DNA from: Octopus vulgaris
Taxonomy: Eukaryota
Direction: 5' to 3'
NCBI GenBank assembly: GCA_951406725.2
Contig: OX597823.1
Span: forward strand, 3,348,001 to 3,412,000
DNA length: 64,000 bases
Shown: positions 52,001-64,000 of the stretch, in pieces
Position numbering within the stretch: position 1 is the stretch's first letter
Layout: each line of letters opens with the position of its first letter
Position numbers and translations under genes: made by a program
The notes under the pieces: model-generated
Databases searched by the model: none
What the model was told of the DNA's origin: nothing
What the model saw: the letters and a program-made list of their open reading frames with translations, nothing else

Positions 52001-52851
52001 TTATTCAAAGTCACACTGTGCCCCTAACTGAGCAATCTGGGATGTGACTTGCAGAGTCTGTGTCTCTCTCACTTCTGTTCCATTGATGTTAAAGAAAGTG
52101 AAGGACTTTTTTGTATAAGTTTAAAAGCTGAGTCAGCAGAAAAGAGTTCCATCATCATCATCATCAGCGTTTAACGTCCGCTTTCCATGCTGGCATGGGT
52201 TGGACGATTTGACTGAGGACTGGCGAACCAGATGGCTGAACCAGTCTCCAATCTGATCTGGCAGAGTTTCTATAGCTGGTTGCCCTTCCTAATGCCAACC
52301 ACTCCAAGAGTGTAGTGGGTGCTTTTACGTGCCACTGGCACGAGGGCCAGTTTGGTGGTACTGGCAACGGCCACGCCCAAATGGTGCTTTTTATGTGCCA
52401 CCTGCACAGGAGCCAGTCCAGCAGTACTGGCAACGACCATGCTCGAATATTTTTTCACGTGCCGCCAGCACAAGTGCCAGTAAGGCGACATCACCAAACA
52501 GCTTAAATGCACAAGTCTCCAATATCCAAATGGCTAAACAATGTCAGCTGAAGGGCATCCAGGAGTCATGGACCTCAATGCAGCAATGACCCCCGTTAGA
52601 GTGTAAGAAGTTAAGGGCTGCAACACTTGTCTGAAGTGAGTGGGGTTTCTCCTCTGAAGCCCTTCTGCTATTCAGCTCTCTTGTATGTTTCTCCCCATTC
52701 CATTCATGTCAAAGAGAGTGGAGGTTTTTAGCTATTGAATGCGGGTTGGAAACATGGTGATAATCTGCTTCATCTTGACATAAAATGTGTTTTACATTAT
52801 GCAGTGAGTAGAAGAAGTAAGGAGAAGGTGGGGATTGTGAAGACATCTTAA

Positions 52852-53071
52852 CCGTTTAGCATTCTAATTACTTCGTTAAATATAATACTTATATATTCAC
52901 ATTTTATAAAATTAATTCTGTATTATCTCGTAGCATTGAGATTTCAAAGTTGTGATTGTCTGTTTTAAGAATGACATTGCAGGGTAGGTATGACAGTCTG
53001 GATCTGGCCAGTTTGGACATAAAACAGGTAGAATATTTGTGCCAGGTAGGGCCTGTTTAAATGCTAAAGGG
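52852..53071. mobile_element. piggyBac-type MITE, second family
   Basis: TTAA|CCGTTTAGCATT ... AATGCTAAAGGG|TTAA. Confidence 0.82.
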
Positions 53072-54323
53072 TTAAGGCATATAGTGGGGAGACTGTTTCC
53101 ATAGGGAACTTCTTAAAAAATTTCAAGGAAGCTATCACGTCCACTGATGAGGCAAGCAGATGCCTATACCAGCCTGTATCATGCAAAACAAAAATGATTT
53201 TCTAACACAAATCATTCTAGAATTACAACTCACTTCTAAACATCATCAGCATTCTGGTTTTTTTGGCCATTTTTTCCCACATTAACATAAGTTAGACAAA
53301 ACTTGTTGAAGCAGATTTTGTATGGCCAAATGCTCTCCCTGTTGCCGTGTTTCCACACCAGAGGTCGTCACTAAACGAATTTTTAAATGAAAAAAATAGA
53401 CACACCAGTTTTTTAAATTAGAGAATGTCCAGTTATCTCTTGTAGACATCAGAACCATACCACATAGATCTCTCAAGCATTTCGGAAGAATATTGAAAAG
53501 CTGCTGAAATTACAAGATTTCTGTTTAGTGAGGAATGTCAACAACAGCACTGTTTTTTTTTTTGTTTTTTTTCATTTTTACTTAGTCATTGTTAAGAAGG
53601 ACCTGTGGAAAAGTCGTTTAGAAGGAAAGGTCTTGAGGCTGAGTGCTACAAATATTTCTGTCTGCACTACAAGAATCAGGTTGGCTCAAGTCTTTTGTAA
53701 AAGTTGAAATGTTGGATCAAACCAGGGCTTCACAATTCCAAAGTGAATTTCTTTACAATTTAGCTAAGGCTGCACTTTTACACTCATACAAGTAAACAGA
53801 TAATTTGTTTAAACCTCTAAAACCTCTGTTGTCAGAAATTTGCTTCTCAACTACAAGGTTCCGGGTTCAGTCCCACTGCATGACACCTTGGGCAAATGTC
53901 TTTTACTATAGCCTTGGGCCAACCAAAACCTTGTGGGTGAACTTGGTAGGCAGAAACTAAAAGGAGCCTGTCTTGTGTGTGTGTGAGTGTGTAGAAGACG
54001 GACATTAAATGATGATGGTGATTGTGTGTGTGTGTAGAAGATGGACATTAAATGATTATGATGATGATGTGTGTTTATGTCTTTGTGTTGGTGGTTGTTT
54101 CCTCACCTCTGCTTGACAGCTGGTGTTGGTGTGTTTACATCCCCATAACTCAGCAGTTCAGTTGAAGAGAATAAATACTAGGGTTGATTCATTCAACTGA
54201 AAATTCTCCCAGGCAATGCTCCAGCATGGCCACAGTCTAATGTCTGAAACAAAAAAAGGTAAAAGATACCATCTGTGACCGTGTTTTAATTTATTTTTCT
54301 CTTTTTCTCTTTTGTCCGGTTAG

Positions 54324-54491
54324 GCATGGGGCCAAGCATACCATCATGCCAACCTTGGTCAACTACCGAGCTAACATCCATGCCTTGAAAGAAGAGGGTT
54401 GCACACACATCTTGGCCACGACAGCCTGTGGGTCATTACAAGAATCTATTTCCCCTGGGGACATCGTTGTTCTTGACCAGTTCATCGACAG
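54324..54491 (+). CDS. MTAP: MTAP coding exon 4 ([56 protein letters not shown])
   Basis: Pyrimidine tract plus ttag acceptor; donor AG|gttagt. 168 nt; carries the hallmark RHG, NYxANIxAL, TTACGSL and DQFID motifs. Confidence 0.97.
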
Positions 54492-56040
54492 GTTAGTAAA
54501 TTAAAAGCATTTCTTTTCCCATATTCTTTTGATACCAACCCATCTGGGACCACCCTTTCATTCCATGATCAAACTCCCTGTTTTAAAGTTTCCAGCAGAA
54601 GGCTAATTCATGCTTCAAACACCAGCTGATCCCTTTTGGTACCAAACTGCCAAAAGCTGCCAGTCGTTTGATGGTAAAAATTTCATGTCTTAAATTGATC
54701 TAAATTCAAATCATTCATTACCAAAACTTTGTTCATTTTGGTTCCAATTAATAAATTCTTCATTATTTTTAAAATGAAATGATAGTCATCATCATCATCA
54801 TCATCATTTTTGTTTAACTAACAGAAACTTAAAGTTGTTTGTGGAAGTTTGATCAAATGGGCTTTGAATAATTGGTAGAGCTGACTTTTTTTGTACCTTG
54901 TGCTGTTAGCCATATTAAGACCATGTCTACTCAACGATTTCAATGGAAACTTTTATGTACATAAAAATGTGAAGAGGTTTTTGCTGAGAGTAAACCATAT
55001 GCCACAAGTGTCTAGATAAGCATTTATCACTACAGATATGATTGCATGCTAGCTAGGAAAATTCAGTGTTCGTTTTGGACAAATGATTCGAGTAACAACT
55101 ATGAAACTTGTCTTCTCAGAGGCCTCTCTTGCTTCTGCCTTCATGTGGTGTGCATCTCAGTTGATAGCCTATTTCTCATTACTAAGCTGACATGGTTTCA
55201 GATCTCTTAACCCCCACTACTACATGTTATTCTCATTCATGTTGTTGTTACAATGGCAGTAAATTGGCTGACTCTTTAGTGTCGAATGAATTCCTGGCTG
55301 TATGTTTTCCAGCTCTTTGCATTCTAAGTTCAAATCCCATCACAATCAACCTTAATTGTTTCCCTTTTGAGGGTTCTTAAAAGACAGGCCTTGTGTCTAT
55401 AATCCTTTCTACTATACGCACAAAGCCTGGAATTGTTGGGGAGGGGACTAGTCGATTACATTAACCCCAGTGTTTTACTGGTACTTAATTTATTGACTCC
55501 AAAAGGATGAAAGGCAAAGTCAACCTTCGAAGAATTTGGACTCAGAATGTAGTGACGGGTGATAAGTATTTCGTCCAACGTGCTAACGATTCTGCCAGCT
55601 TGGCACCTTGCTTTGTGTCTGTAATAGAAGCACTTCATTAGAAAGACAGTCGATTGGCAGAACCATTAGGACATCGGACAAATGCCTTGCAGTATTCTGA
55701 CTTTTTACATTCTGAGTTCAAATCCTGCTGAGGTCAACTTTCAGGGTTATAATCAAATACTGGAGTCATTGTTTAATGTCTGCTTTCCATGCTGGCATGG
55801 GTTGGACGGTTTGACTGGGGACTGGCAAGCCAGTAGGCTGTACCAGGCTCCAATTGGATCCAGCATCGACCACGTTCCTCCCTAAATATTTCTGGCTCTC
55901 TGCCTCTGTTACGAATTATCATTGTTTTTGTTGTTGTGGTAGTAGTAGTAGTATAGATAGTATCAGTAGAGCGGTGGATCAAATATTCTATGATGTTCAG
56001 CTACACCAGCAGATTTCTTCACCTTTCTCTCTTCTTTCAG

Positions 56041-56143
56041 GACCACCAAGCGATGCCCAACCTTCTTCGATGGCTCTGACATTGCTCCCAAAGGGATATG
56101 TCATTTAGAAATGCATACACCATTTTCACCAAAACTAGCAAAG
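56041..56143 (+). CDS. MTAP: MTAP coding exon 5 (TTKRCPTFFDGSDIAPKGICHLEMHTPFSPKLAK)
   Basis: Acceptor cttctttcag and donor AAG|gtattt. 103 nt; aligns to human TTMRPQSFYDG...GVCHIPMAEPFCPK. Confidence 0.95.
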
Positions 56144-59100
56144 GTATTTTCTTGTCAGATACCACATAATTTTTGAAAGGCAATTTCTATATCCAACTTA
56201 ATGTAGATGTTTTGTTAGAACACCAAATACTGTGGTATTCACCTTGAGAGGACTTCTCATACAGATGTATGGGGCCTAAAAGCACACCTGTATTTATATA
56301 ATGCTGGAAAATGAGAATTGTCTGCTACGGGCACAGGAACTGCCAGATCATGTGATTTCAACATGCTGTGTCTCATCAGTGACAGCTGCCCACTTGCTCC
56401 ACACCAACCAAATCTTACTGCCAGCAGTCTTATTGAAAGCATTACCATTAGTGGCAGAAAGTCTACCTTGATTTCAAAGGTTAATAAAAAACAAACACAT
56501 GAAGATACTAGAGAGAAAAAACGATGCTCCGCACTCCAGACCATGGTGGGAACTACCTGAAACAGGGGACAAAATAGCATTTAATGAACTTCATAGAAAT
56601 ACAAAGTTGGATGTAAAGGTTGCTTTTTAATATTAATGCTGCTTCTGTCACTAATAATTATTTCATAATTTTTTTGTTTTTTTTTTTTTTTGGGTGGGTG
56701 GCATTTATTTATTTTTTATTTATTTATTTATTTGTTCATTATCACATATCTTATCTTTGACTCGTTTCATTCTTGGGCTGCAGCCATGATGGGGCTCAGC
56801 CCTGAAGTGTTTCATCAAACAAATTTTTTTTTAAAGTCTAGTACTTATTTTAGCAGTCTCTTTTGCTGAACTAAGTTACAGGGATATAAACAAACCAACA
56901 CTGGTAATCAAGCGGTGGAGGTAGGGACAGACAAAAGATACTTGCATGCAGTATAAATACAGTTTGGCAAAAGACACCAATGGAACAAGTGCCAGGCTTC
57001 AAAAATGGTAAGTCCTGGGGTCAAGTGATTTGACTAAACCCTTTAAGGTGGTGCCACAGCAGGGCTACAGTCAATGCTATCCTTTCCTGACTATGCATCA
57101 CCCATACACAACCATTATACTTCACATCAAACCCTATTTTTTCTGTAAACAGAGACCTCAACAGCATCTTCCCTTGGGAATAAGTCAGTCCTGTCTCTTT
57201 TTATAGCAAGAAAATTCAGATGTTATTCATATGAGAAAACCTTCATCACGCCACTCCCTTAACCCTTTCGATTCCAACCCGGCTGAAACTGCCTCTGGTT
57301 CTGTAGTACAAATGTCTTGTTTTCAAAAGTTCTGAATTAAAATCTTCCACCAAACCTTAGTCACAGTTTATGTTCCTAACACTAACTTAATCATAACGGA
57401 GTTATTTTACTAAATTCTTTTGTTACATTTAAAATTAATTGAAAGAAACAGAGAGCACCTCAACAGAAATACGGTAACAAAAGGGTTTAATATGAGCAGC
57501 AACCATTTTAGAGTTCTTGGAATCTCTCCTGAAGCTGGGTTCCAGCATCAGCCTGCTTACACCCTCAATGCCTTCTCATGTCTACCATCGCACCCCACTT
57601 ACCACAGACTCCCCCCCCCAATGCTTCTATACCTCCCACCATTACTCACTACATACCCCCTTCTGCCATCCACTTTATCTTGCGATACTCCAACATCCCA
57701 CAGACACATCCGTCTTTCTTTCCAGCTCTCCAACCACTCAGCCTTGTTTCTCTGTTACAAGCCACTTGCACTTATCAACACCTGGCATGGAACTGTTGCC
57801 CATCCCCGTCTCATGTACTGACCTCCCCCACAAAATAAGGCACCTGGCACACTCTGTAAAGTAGTTGGCATTAGGAAGGGCATCTAGTCATAGAAACCGT
57901 GCCAATGTTGGCATGAGGGCTTGGTACAGCCCCATGGCTTGCCAGATCCTTTCAAAGTAGCTAACTCATGTCAGCATGGGAAAATGGATGTTAAACGAGG
58001 ATGGTGATGACGATGGTGGCAGTGGCTCCTCCTCTCTTCTGGTGGAAGCACATTCTTAGCTCTTTTGCTACCATATACATATTGAGATGCTCTCTGTTTC
58101 TTTCAATTAATTTTAAATATTACAAAGAGATTAGTAAAATAACTTGGTTATCATTCAGCTAGTGTTAGGAACATAAATTGTGACTAAGGTTTGGTGGAAG
58201 ATTTTAATTCAGAACATTCGAAAACAAGACATTTGTTCTATAGAGCCAGAGGCAGTTTCAGCCGGGTTGGAATCGAAAGGGTTAAAAATATCATAGTGAC
58301 TTTAACCCTTTTGTTACCATATTTCTGATGAAATGCTCTGTGTTTCTTTCAATTAATTTTAAATTCAAAGAATTTAGTAAAGTAACTTAGGTTGGTATCA
58401 AATGGTTACTCTTTTACTTGTTTCAGTCACTTGACTGCAGCCATGCTGGAGCACCACCTTTAGTCGAGCAAATTGACCCTGGGACTTATTCTTTCGGTCT
58501 CTTTTGCCGAACCGCTAAGTTACGGGGACATAAACACATCAGCATCGGTTGTCCAGCGACGTTGGGGGGGACAAACATATACATATATACGACGGGCTTC
58601 TTTCAGTTTCCGTCTACCAAATCTACTCACAAGGACTTGGTCAGCTCGAAGCTATAGTAGAACACACTTGCCTAAGGTGCCATGCAGTGGGACTGAACCC
58701 AGAACTATGTGGTTGGTAATCAAGCTTCTTACCACACAGCCACTCCTGCACCTAACATAACTAGGATCACATCCCCAATTACTGGTCCTTCTCTTCAGGG
58801 TCAGAAGATATTTCAGTCCCTAATAATTATTAAGGTGGTGAGCTGGCAGACTCATTTGCACACCAGACAAATTCCGAGTTCAAATTCCGCTGAGGTCACC
58901 TTTGCCTTTTGTCCTTTTGGGGGGTCAATACAATAAGCACCAGTTGAGCAGTGGAATTGATGTAATCAACTTACACCTTCCCCCAAAATTGCGGGCCATC
59001 CTTTTCTGTTTGACTCACAGACATGCCACACCCTCTGGTCCACAGGCATGTTATGTCCTCTCTTTGATGGTATTCTCTATCCCTGCTGTAATGGCCTCTC

Positions 59101-60472
59101 ATCCTCAGAGCTGGATGAATGAATGCCTAGTTAAAGTATCCACACCCTGCTTGTCTCCCTTTGTCTGTCATGTTGTGCCAAACTCGTCTGTGCCCCCCCC
59201 CCACACACACACACACTAACCAGTGTATCCCGTCCTTCCCCGCACCAATATCCTTATAGAACTCCCTGCCTGCTGATGTCTTTCCCACAAATATTGACTG
59301 GTAATGATCCAAGAGGAACATTAAAAGCATCAATCTCTCACCTGTCTGGCGCAAGGGTAACTGCAAAGGGCATCAGCATTGCCCTTTCTCCAGGACTGGC
59401 AACTCTGAAGAAACAAAAGTACGTCTACGATCCTTATAAGATGACACACATGACTCATAGTCTCATATAATGAGTTGCATATTTGAGCTGATATGCAAAT
59501 GATATGCAAATGAGAGTGAAATAAATTATGCTTTAATATGCAGTCATCATCATCATTTAACGTCCATTTTCTGTGCTAGCATGGGTTGGATGGTTTGATA
59601 GGAGCTGGCCAGAGAGTTGCACCTGGCTCCACTTGTCTATTTTAGCAGGGTCTCTTTGGCTGGATGCCCTTCCTAATGCCAACCACTTTACTGAGTGCAC
59701 TCGGTGCTTTTATGTGCCACCGGCACGAGGGCCAGTCAGGCGGTTCTGGCAATGACTACACTCAAAAGGTGTTTTTTACGTGCTACCTGCACAGGAGCCA
59801 GACCTGTGCCACTAGCAGCGACCATACTCAAATGTTGTTTTGCACGTGCCAGTAAGGCGACGCTGGCAACAATCACGCTCGCATGGTGCTTTTTACATAT
59901 ATATATAAATGTGTGTGTGTGTGTAGGTATATATATATATATGTGTGTGTGTGTATATATGTAAATATATATATATACATACACACACACATCACAAAAG
60001 AAACCATCGTGATGGGAGTGGGGGTATTATGTTTCGTATATGGAATACTTAAAACATCATTTATACATTTAATGCACCCCTGAAATGGCCGTACATGATG
60101 TCCTTTAACCCCGAGTTTGTACATTTATCTTATATAATATTTAACAAATCTATTTACCTCTGGACTTTTAAATTTCAAATTCTCATCCAATAACTCATAT
60201 AAACACCAAATTCTTAATCGATTGGAAGATTTCCTTTAGGGAGCCCTTACCTTGGATTCTTATCCCTATAGTTGTCACTTCTCCATTCGGTTTGGGAACC
60301 CAACCTACACGAGGCATAGTTTCCACACTTAACTTTTACATGTCATTCTATTCATTTATTTATAGACATTTTTTATATTTATTTCGTTGTGTGCTTCAAA
60401 GTATTCTTTGGAATTTGTATTGATTACCTGGATGTGCTCCTTCTAGAATTTCTCTTATCACACACACACACA

Positions 60473-60519
<47 letters not shown>

Positions 60520-60542
60520 CTTTCAGTGTTTCTACTTTACAG

Positions 60543-60695
60543 CTTCTGCATGATACATCAGCAAAACTGGGTTACAAGACACATCCTACTGGCACCGTGG
60601 TGACAATTGAAGGACCAAGATTCTCAACTAGAGCTGAAAGTAAAATGTTCCGATCTTGGGGAGGTCATATTATCAATATGACAACAGTTCCGGAG
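60543..60695 (+). CDS. MTAP: MTAP coding exon 6 ([51 protein letters not shown])
   Basis: Acceptor ctttacag and donor GAG|gtcagt. 153 nt; EGPRFS-RAES and NMTTVPE motifs. Confidence 0.97.
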
Positions 60696-61160
60696 GTCAG
60701 TTGATGGCATTTTGTTTACTTCTTTATGGTTTTTTTTTTTACTTGTGTTTGTTGCTAAATTTTGAAGAATTTTAAATTCGTAACTTTTTTCTTCTCTGTC
60801 CATTTATCTGTGCTAACATCAGGTGGACAAATATATTATCAAGACATTGTATTTATAGCTGGATACCTTCCTGGTTGCTAACCCTCATCTGTTTTGCAAC
60901 AAAGAGATCTCTTCTGCCACATGTCTTTGAGAGTGCAAAGCTAAAGGATATTTTATTGACAGGGGAAAATGACAACAGTGACATCACTACTTGCTTGTAG
61001 CCCAAAGATTCTCTGAGAAGTACACATGTAAACACACACACACAATTTCAGGCTTTGTGCCTAGAGTAGAAAAAAGAATATTTGTCTTTGATTCTGGAAC
61101 TAAATAATGTCTAGCTTGCTTTCTTCAATCAATAAGGTTTCTGAAGTGTAAAAGTGTTCA

Positions 61161-61193
<33 letters not shown>

Positions 61194-61434
61194 CCATATC
61201 TGCATGGCTGAAACAGCTGTAAGATGTAGTTTATATTTATATTTATATTTATTTACATTCACTTATACATACTGTACTTATTGTATCATATTACTCTTTC
61301 ATGTACATTGTTTTGTTCTATATTATTATGTTTGACCTGAATGTTCATATGTAGTGGTTTAATAAATTATGTAATTGGGTATTATCTGGTAGTTGATCAT
61401 TGATTAAGATGTATTTCTCCATTTTCTTATTTTG

Positions 61435-61478
<44 letters not shown>

Positions 61479-62666
61479 CTGGAGCCTGGGGCAGCCCCTG
61501 GCTCCCCAGACCCCGGTCAAACCGTCCAACCCGTGCTAGCGCGGAAAACGGACGTTAAACGATGATGATGATGATGTATGTATATGTGTGTGTGTATGTA
61601 TGTATGTGCGTGCGCATCAACTTCTAGACATGTCTATTAATTTTTTAAAAAAGACAACTATGACAGTATACATACATGCATAACATATTATGCTTTACGT
61701 ATATAATATGTAAAATATAAAAACACCAGTAATTATTAAAGTATATAACGTAGAGCATAGAAAGTAGGATAATATCTTACAGCTGTTTCAGCCAAGGGGT
61801 CATAGTACCCCTCTTTACTTCCATTCCTTCAGTGAACTGAAGTATTTGGCAGATAAGATTAAGGTACTTGGGTGTGTCTCTGGGCTTCTACTGGTATTTT
61901 TATATTTTATATATTATATATGTAAAGCATAATGTCCAACCCATGCCAGCATGGAAAACGGACGCTAAACGATGATGATGATGATGATGATGTATGAATA
62001 TTGTTATAAATGTCTTTTTAAAAAAAAATATATTTATAGGCATAATATAATGTCTAAAAGTTGATGACTACCACCTCTTGATCCCCTCCACTTTCTTATT
62101 GCTGTATAAATTAAGGGTAAAATAACTCTTTACCCCCACCCATTTATTACACTCGGTAATATAATTGCCATGCAATGAAAAAACACTTGTGTATTAATAA
62201 TTAGGTGTTCTACCAGCAGCAATATTGGATAGATATTATCCCTCAGTTGGTTGGATTCACAACCTCTAACTCATGGATATATATATATATTTGTGTAGGC
62301 GTGTGTGTGTGTTCTAATGTGTATGAGTATATCTTTACACATTTACTTTTTAATCTGCCTGTGTTGTCCAATTCCTAAAATGTCTGTGTGTCATCATGTT
62401 TTATTTTACGTCTGTTTTTCTATGCTGGTATGGGTTAGATGAATATAATATCGAGTGGTATTGTTTTATGGCCACATACCCTGCTTCCTGATTTTCAGGA
62501 ATTGCATCTTTTTTTCAAGTAAGGTATCTTTTATTCTACACTGCTTTAAAAGGGGCTGGTGACTAAATTACAAATTGTTACTAAATGTTTAAAGTTTAGT
62601 TTTAGGTTATTTGGTATTAATATTCCAGGGAGCATTTTATTTCATGAATACTATTTATTTTATCAG

Positions 62667-62753
62667 GTGATATTGGCAAAGGAGTTGGCCATGTGTTATT
62701 CTAGCATTGCTCTGGTCACTGACTACGACAGTTGGAGAGAGAACGAAGATGGT
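62667..62753 (+). CDS. MTAP: MTAP coding exon 7 (VILAKELAMCYSSIALVTDYDSWRENEDG); gene continues past the window
   Basis: Acceptor ttttatcag and donor GGT|gtaagt. 87 nt; TDYD base-binding motif (human Asp220/Asp222). Confidence 0.96.
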
Positions 62754-64000
62754 GTAAGTATTGAGAGCTTCGTTTAGCTTATCTGTTTGTTTGTTTTTTG
62801 TTTACTCATTTGTTTATCATTGCATCCCCCTCTCCCACCTCTAACCATCTATCACTCTACTTTTACATTACTTTTACAATGTCACCTTACTGGCACCTGT
62901 GCTGGGGGCATGTGTAAAAGATTCAAGCGAGGTCGTTGCCAGTACCACCTGACTGGCCCCATGCCGGTGGCACGTAAAAAGCACCCACTGCACTCTCAGA
63001 GTGGTTGGCGTTAGGAAGGGCATCCAGCTGTAGAAACTCTGACAGATCAAGATTGGGGCCTGGTGCAGCCATCTGGTTCGCCAGCCCTCAGTCAAAATCG
63101 TCCAACCCATGCTAGCATGGAAAGCAGACGTTAAACGATGATGATGATGATTGCCATGAACCTACCTACTCACCCATTCTTTCAAATTCTCTGCCCCTAT
63201 CTCCTTGTACTGTGAGGGTAAGCCCTGGCACCTCATCACCCACCCCCCTTATCTCCCTTTCCCACTCACCCTTCTATATTATGGATTAGCCACTGTGAAG
63301 GCACATGGCTTAATAGGATATTCAGCTCAAGATCGTAAGGTTGTGAGATTGATTCTCGTCAGCGTGTTGCGTCCTTGAGCAAGACACTCTATTTCACATT
63401 GCTCCAGTCCACTCACCTGGCAAAAATGAGTTGTACCTGTATTTCAAAGGGCCAGCCTTGTCACACTCTGTGCCGTGTTGAATCTCCCCAAGAACTACAT
63501 TAAGGCTACATGTGTCTGTGCAGTGCTCAGCCACATGCATGTTAATTCCACAAGCAGGCTGTTTCCATTGATCAGATTAATTGGAATACTTGTCATTAGC
63601 CACTGCCTCGTTAGAGGTGAAAACACTACAAATTAACCCGGAAATGCTGGATGCAAGTCAACAGTTTATTCAGGAGGAGGGGACAGCGTTGAAGGTGTCC
63701 CCTCCCGAAAAAAGTGTAGAACTGAAAAGAAAAAGAACCGGGGTCTACAGGATGCAAGCGACCACATCGCGGAGGATAGAAGTGGCCTCTGAGAGAGACA
63801 TAGAGTGCTGCTTGCTGCCGGTAATGGCAGAGGCAACCTTCATTCACAGAGGAAAGAAATTTAACCCTTATATTTGTACAGCAGCATGCCTGCCCCTTCG
63901 ATCATACTTTAGCCTCTCAAAACCCAACTCAAAGTCACCATCTTCTCCATTACTCTCCCACCAACACTGAATTGAGGTGTCTTTTTCTTTCTTTTGTGTG

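Noticed and set aside
53144-53170. CTGATGA-GGCA..TGCC hammerhead-like 5' half
   Set aside because: It is followed by TATA rather than GAAA, and there is no stem I partner.
60521-60542. Alternative acceptor tttcag 16 nt upstream of MTAP exon 6
   Set aside because: Its use would shift the frame; the downstream AG preserves the alignment to MTAP.
63581-63970. 129-aa ORF at the window end
   Set aside because: It starts inside a SINE tail at a non-ATG codon and shows no similarity I can recognise to the MTAP C-terminus or any other family.

Overview
Repeat-dense, AT-rich eukaryotic DNA. The SINE, RTE-LINE and microsatellite landscape suggests an octopus or other cephalopod; this is inferred, not proven. 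A + strand MTAP gene (S-methyl-5'-thioadenosine phosphorylase) can be assembled from 7 coding exons between 30492 and 62753, giving 224 codons; its 3' end lies beyond the window. A probable first, signal-peptide-coding exon of a second, divergent gene lies on the - strand at 14837-14915. The rest is mostly mobile DNA: an RTE LINE with a PHD finger inside its RT, CR1 LINE relics, a mariner fossil, Helitron ends, piggyBac/hAT/foldback MITEs, several tRNA-SINE families and long (TACA)n/(TA)n tracts. The most notable unannotated signal is a set of minimal type-I hammerhead-ribozyme motifs with palindromic, dimer-type stem III in at least four different short repeat families. One of these families is a tRNA-headed element whose three copies share a fixed head-to-head palindromic axis (TATGCCCACGGGCATA), a candidate Penelope-dependent fold-back SINE or retrozyme. 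Coordinates of repeats are approximate; exon and ribozyme coordinates were counted by hand.
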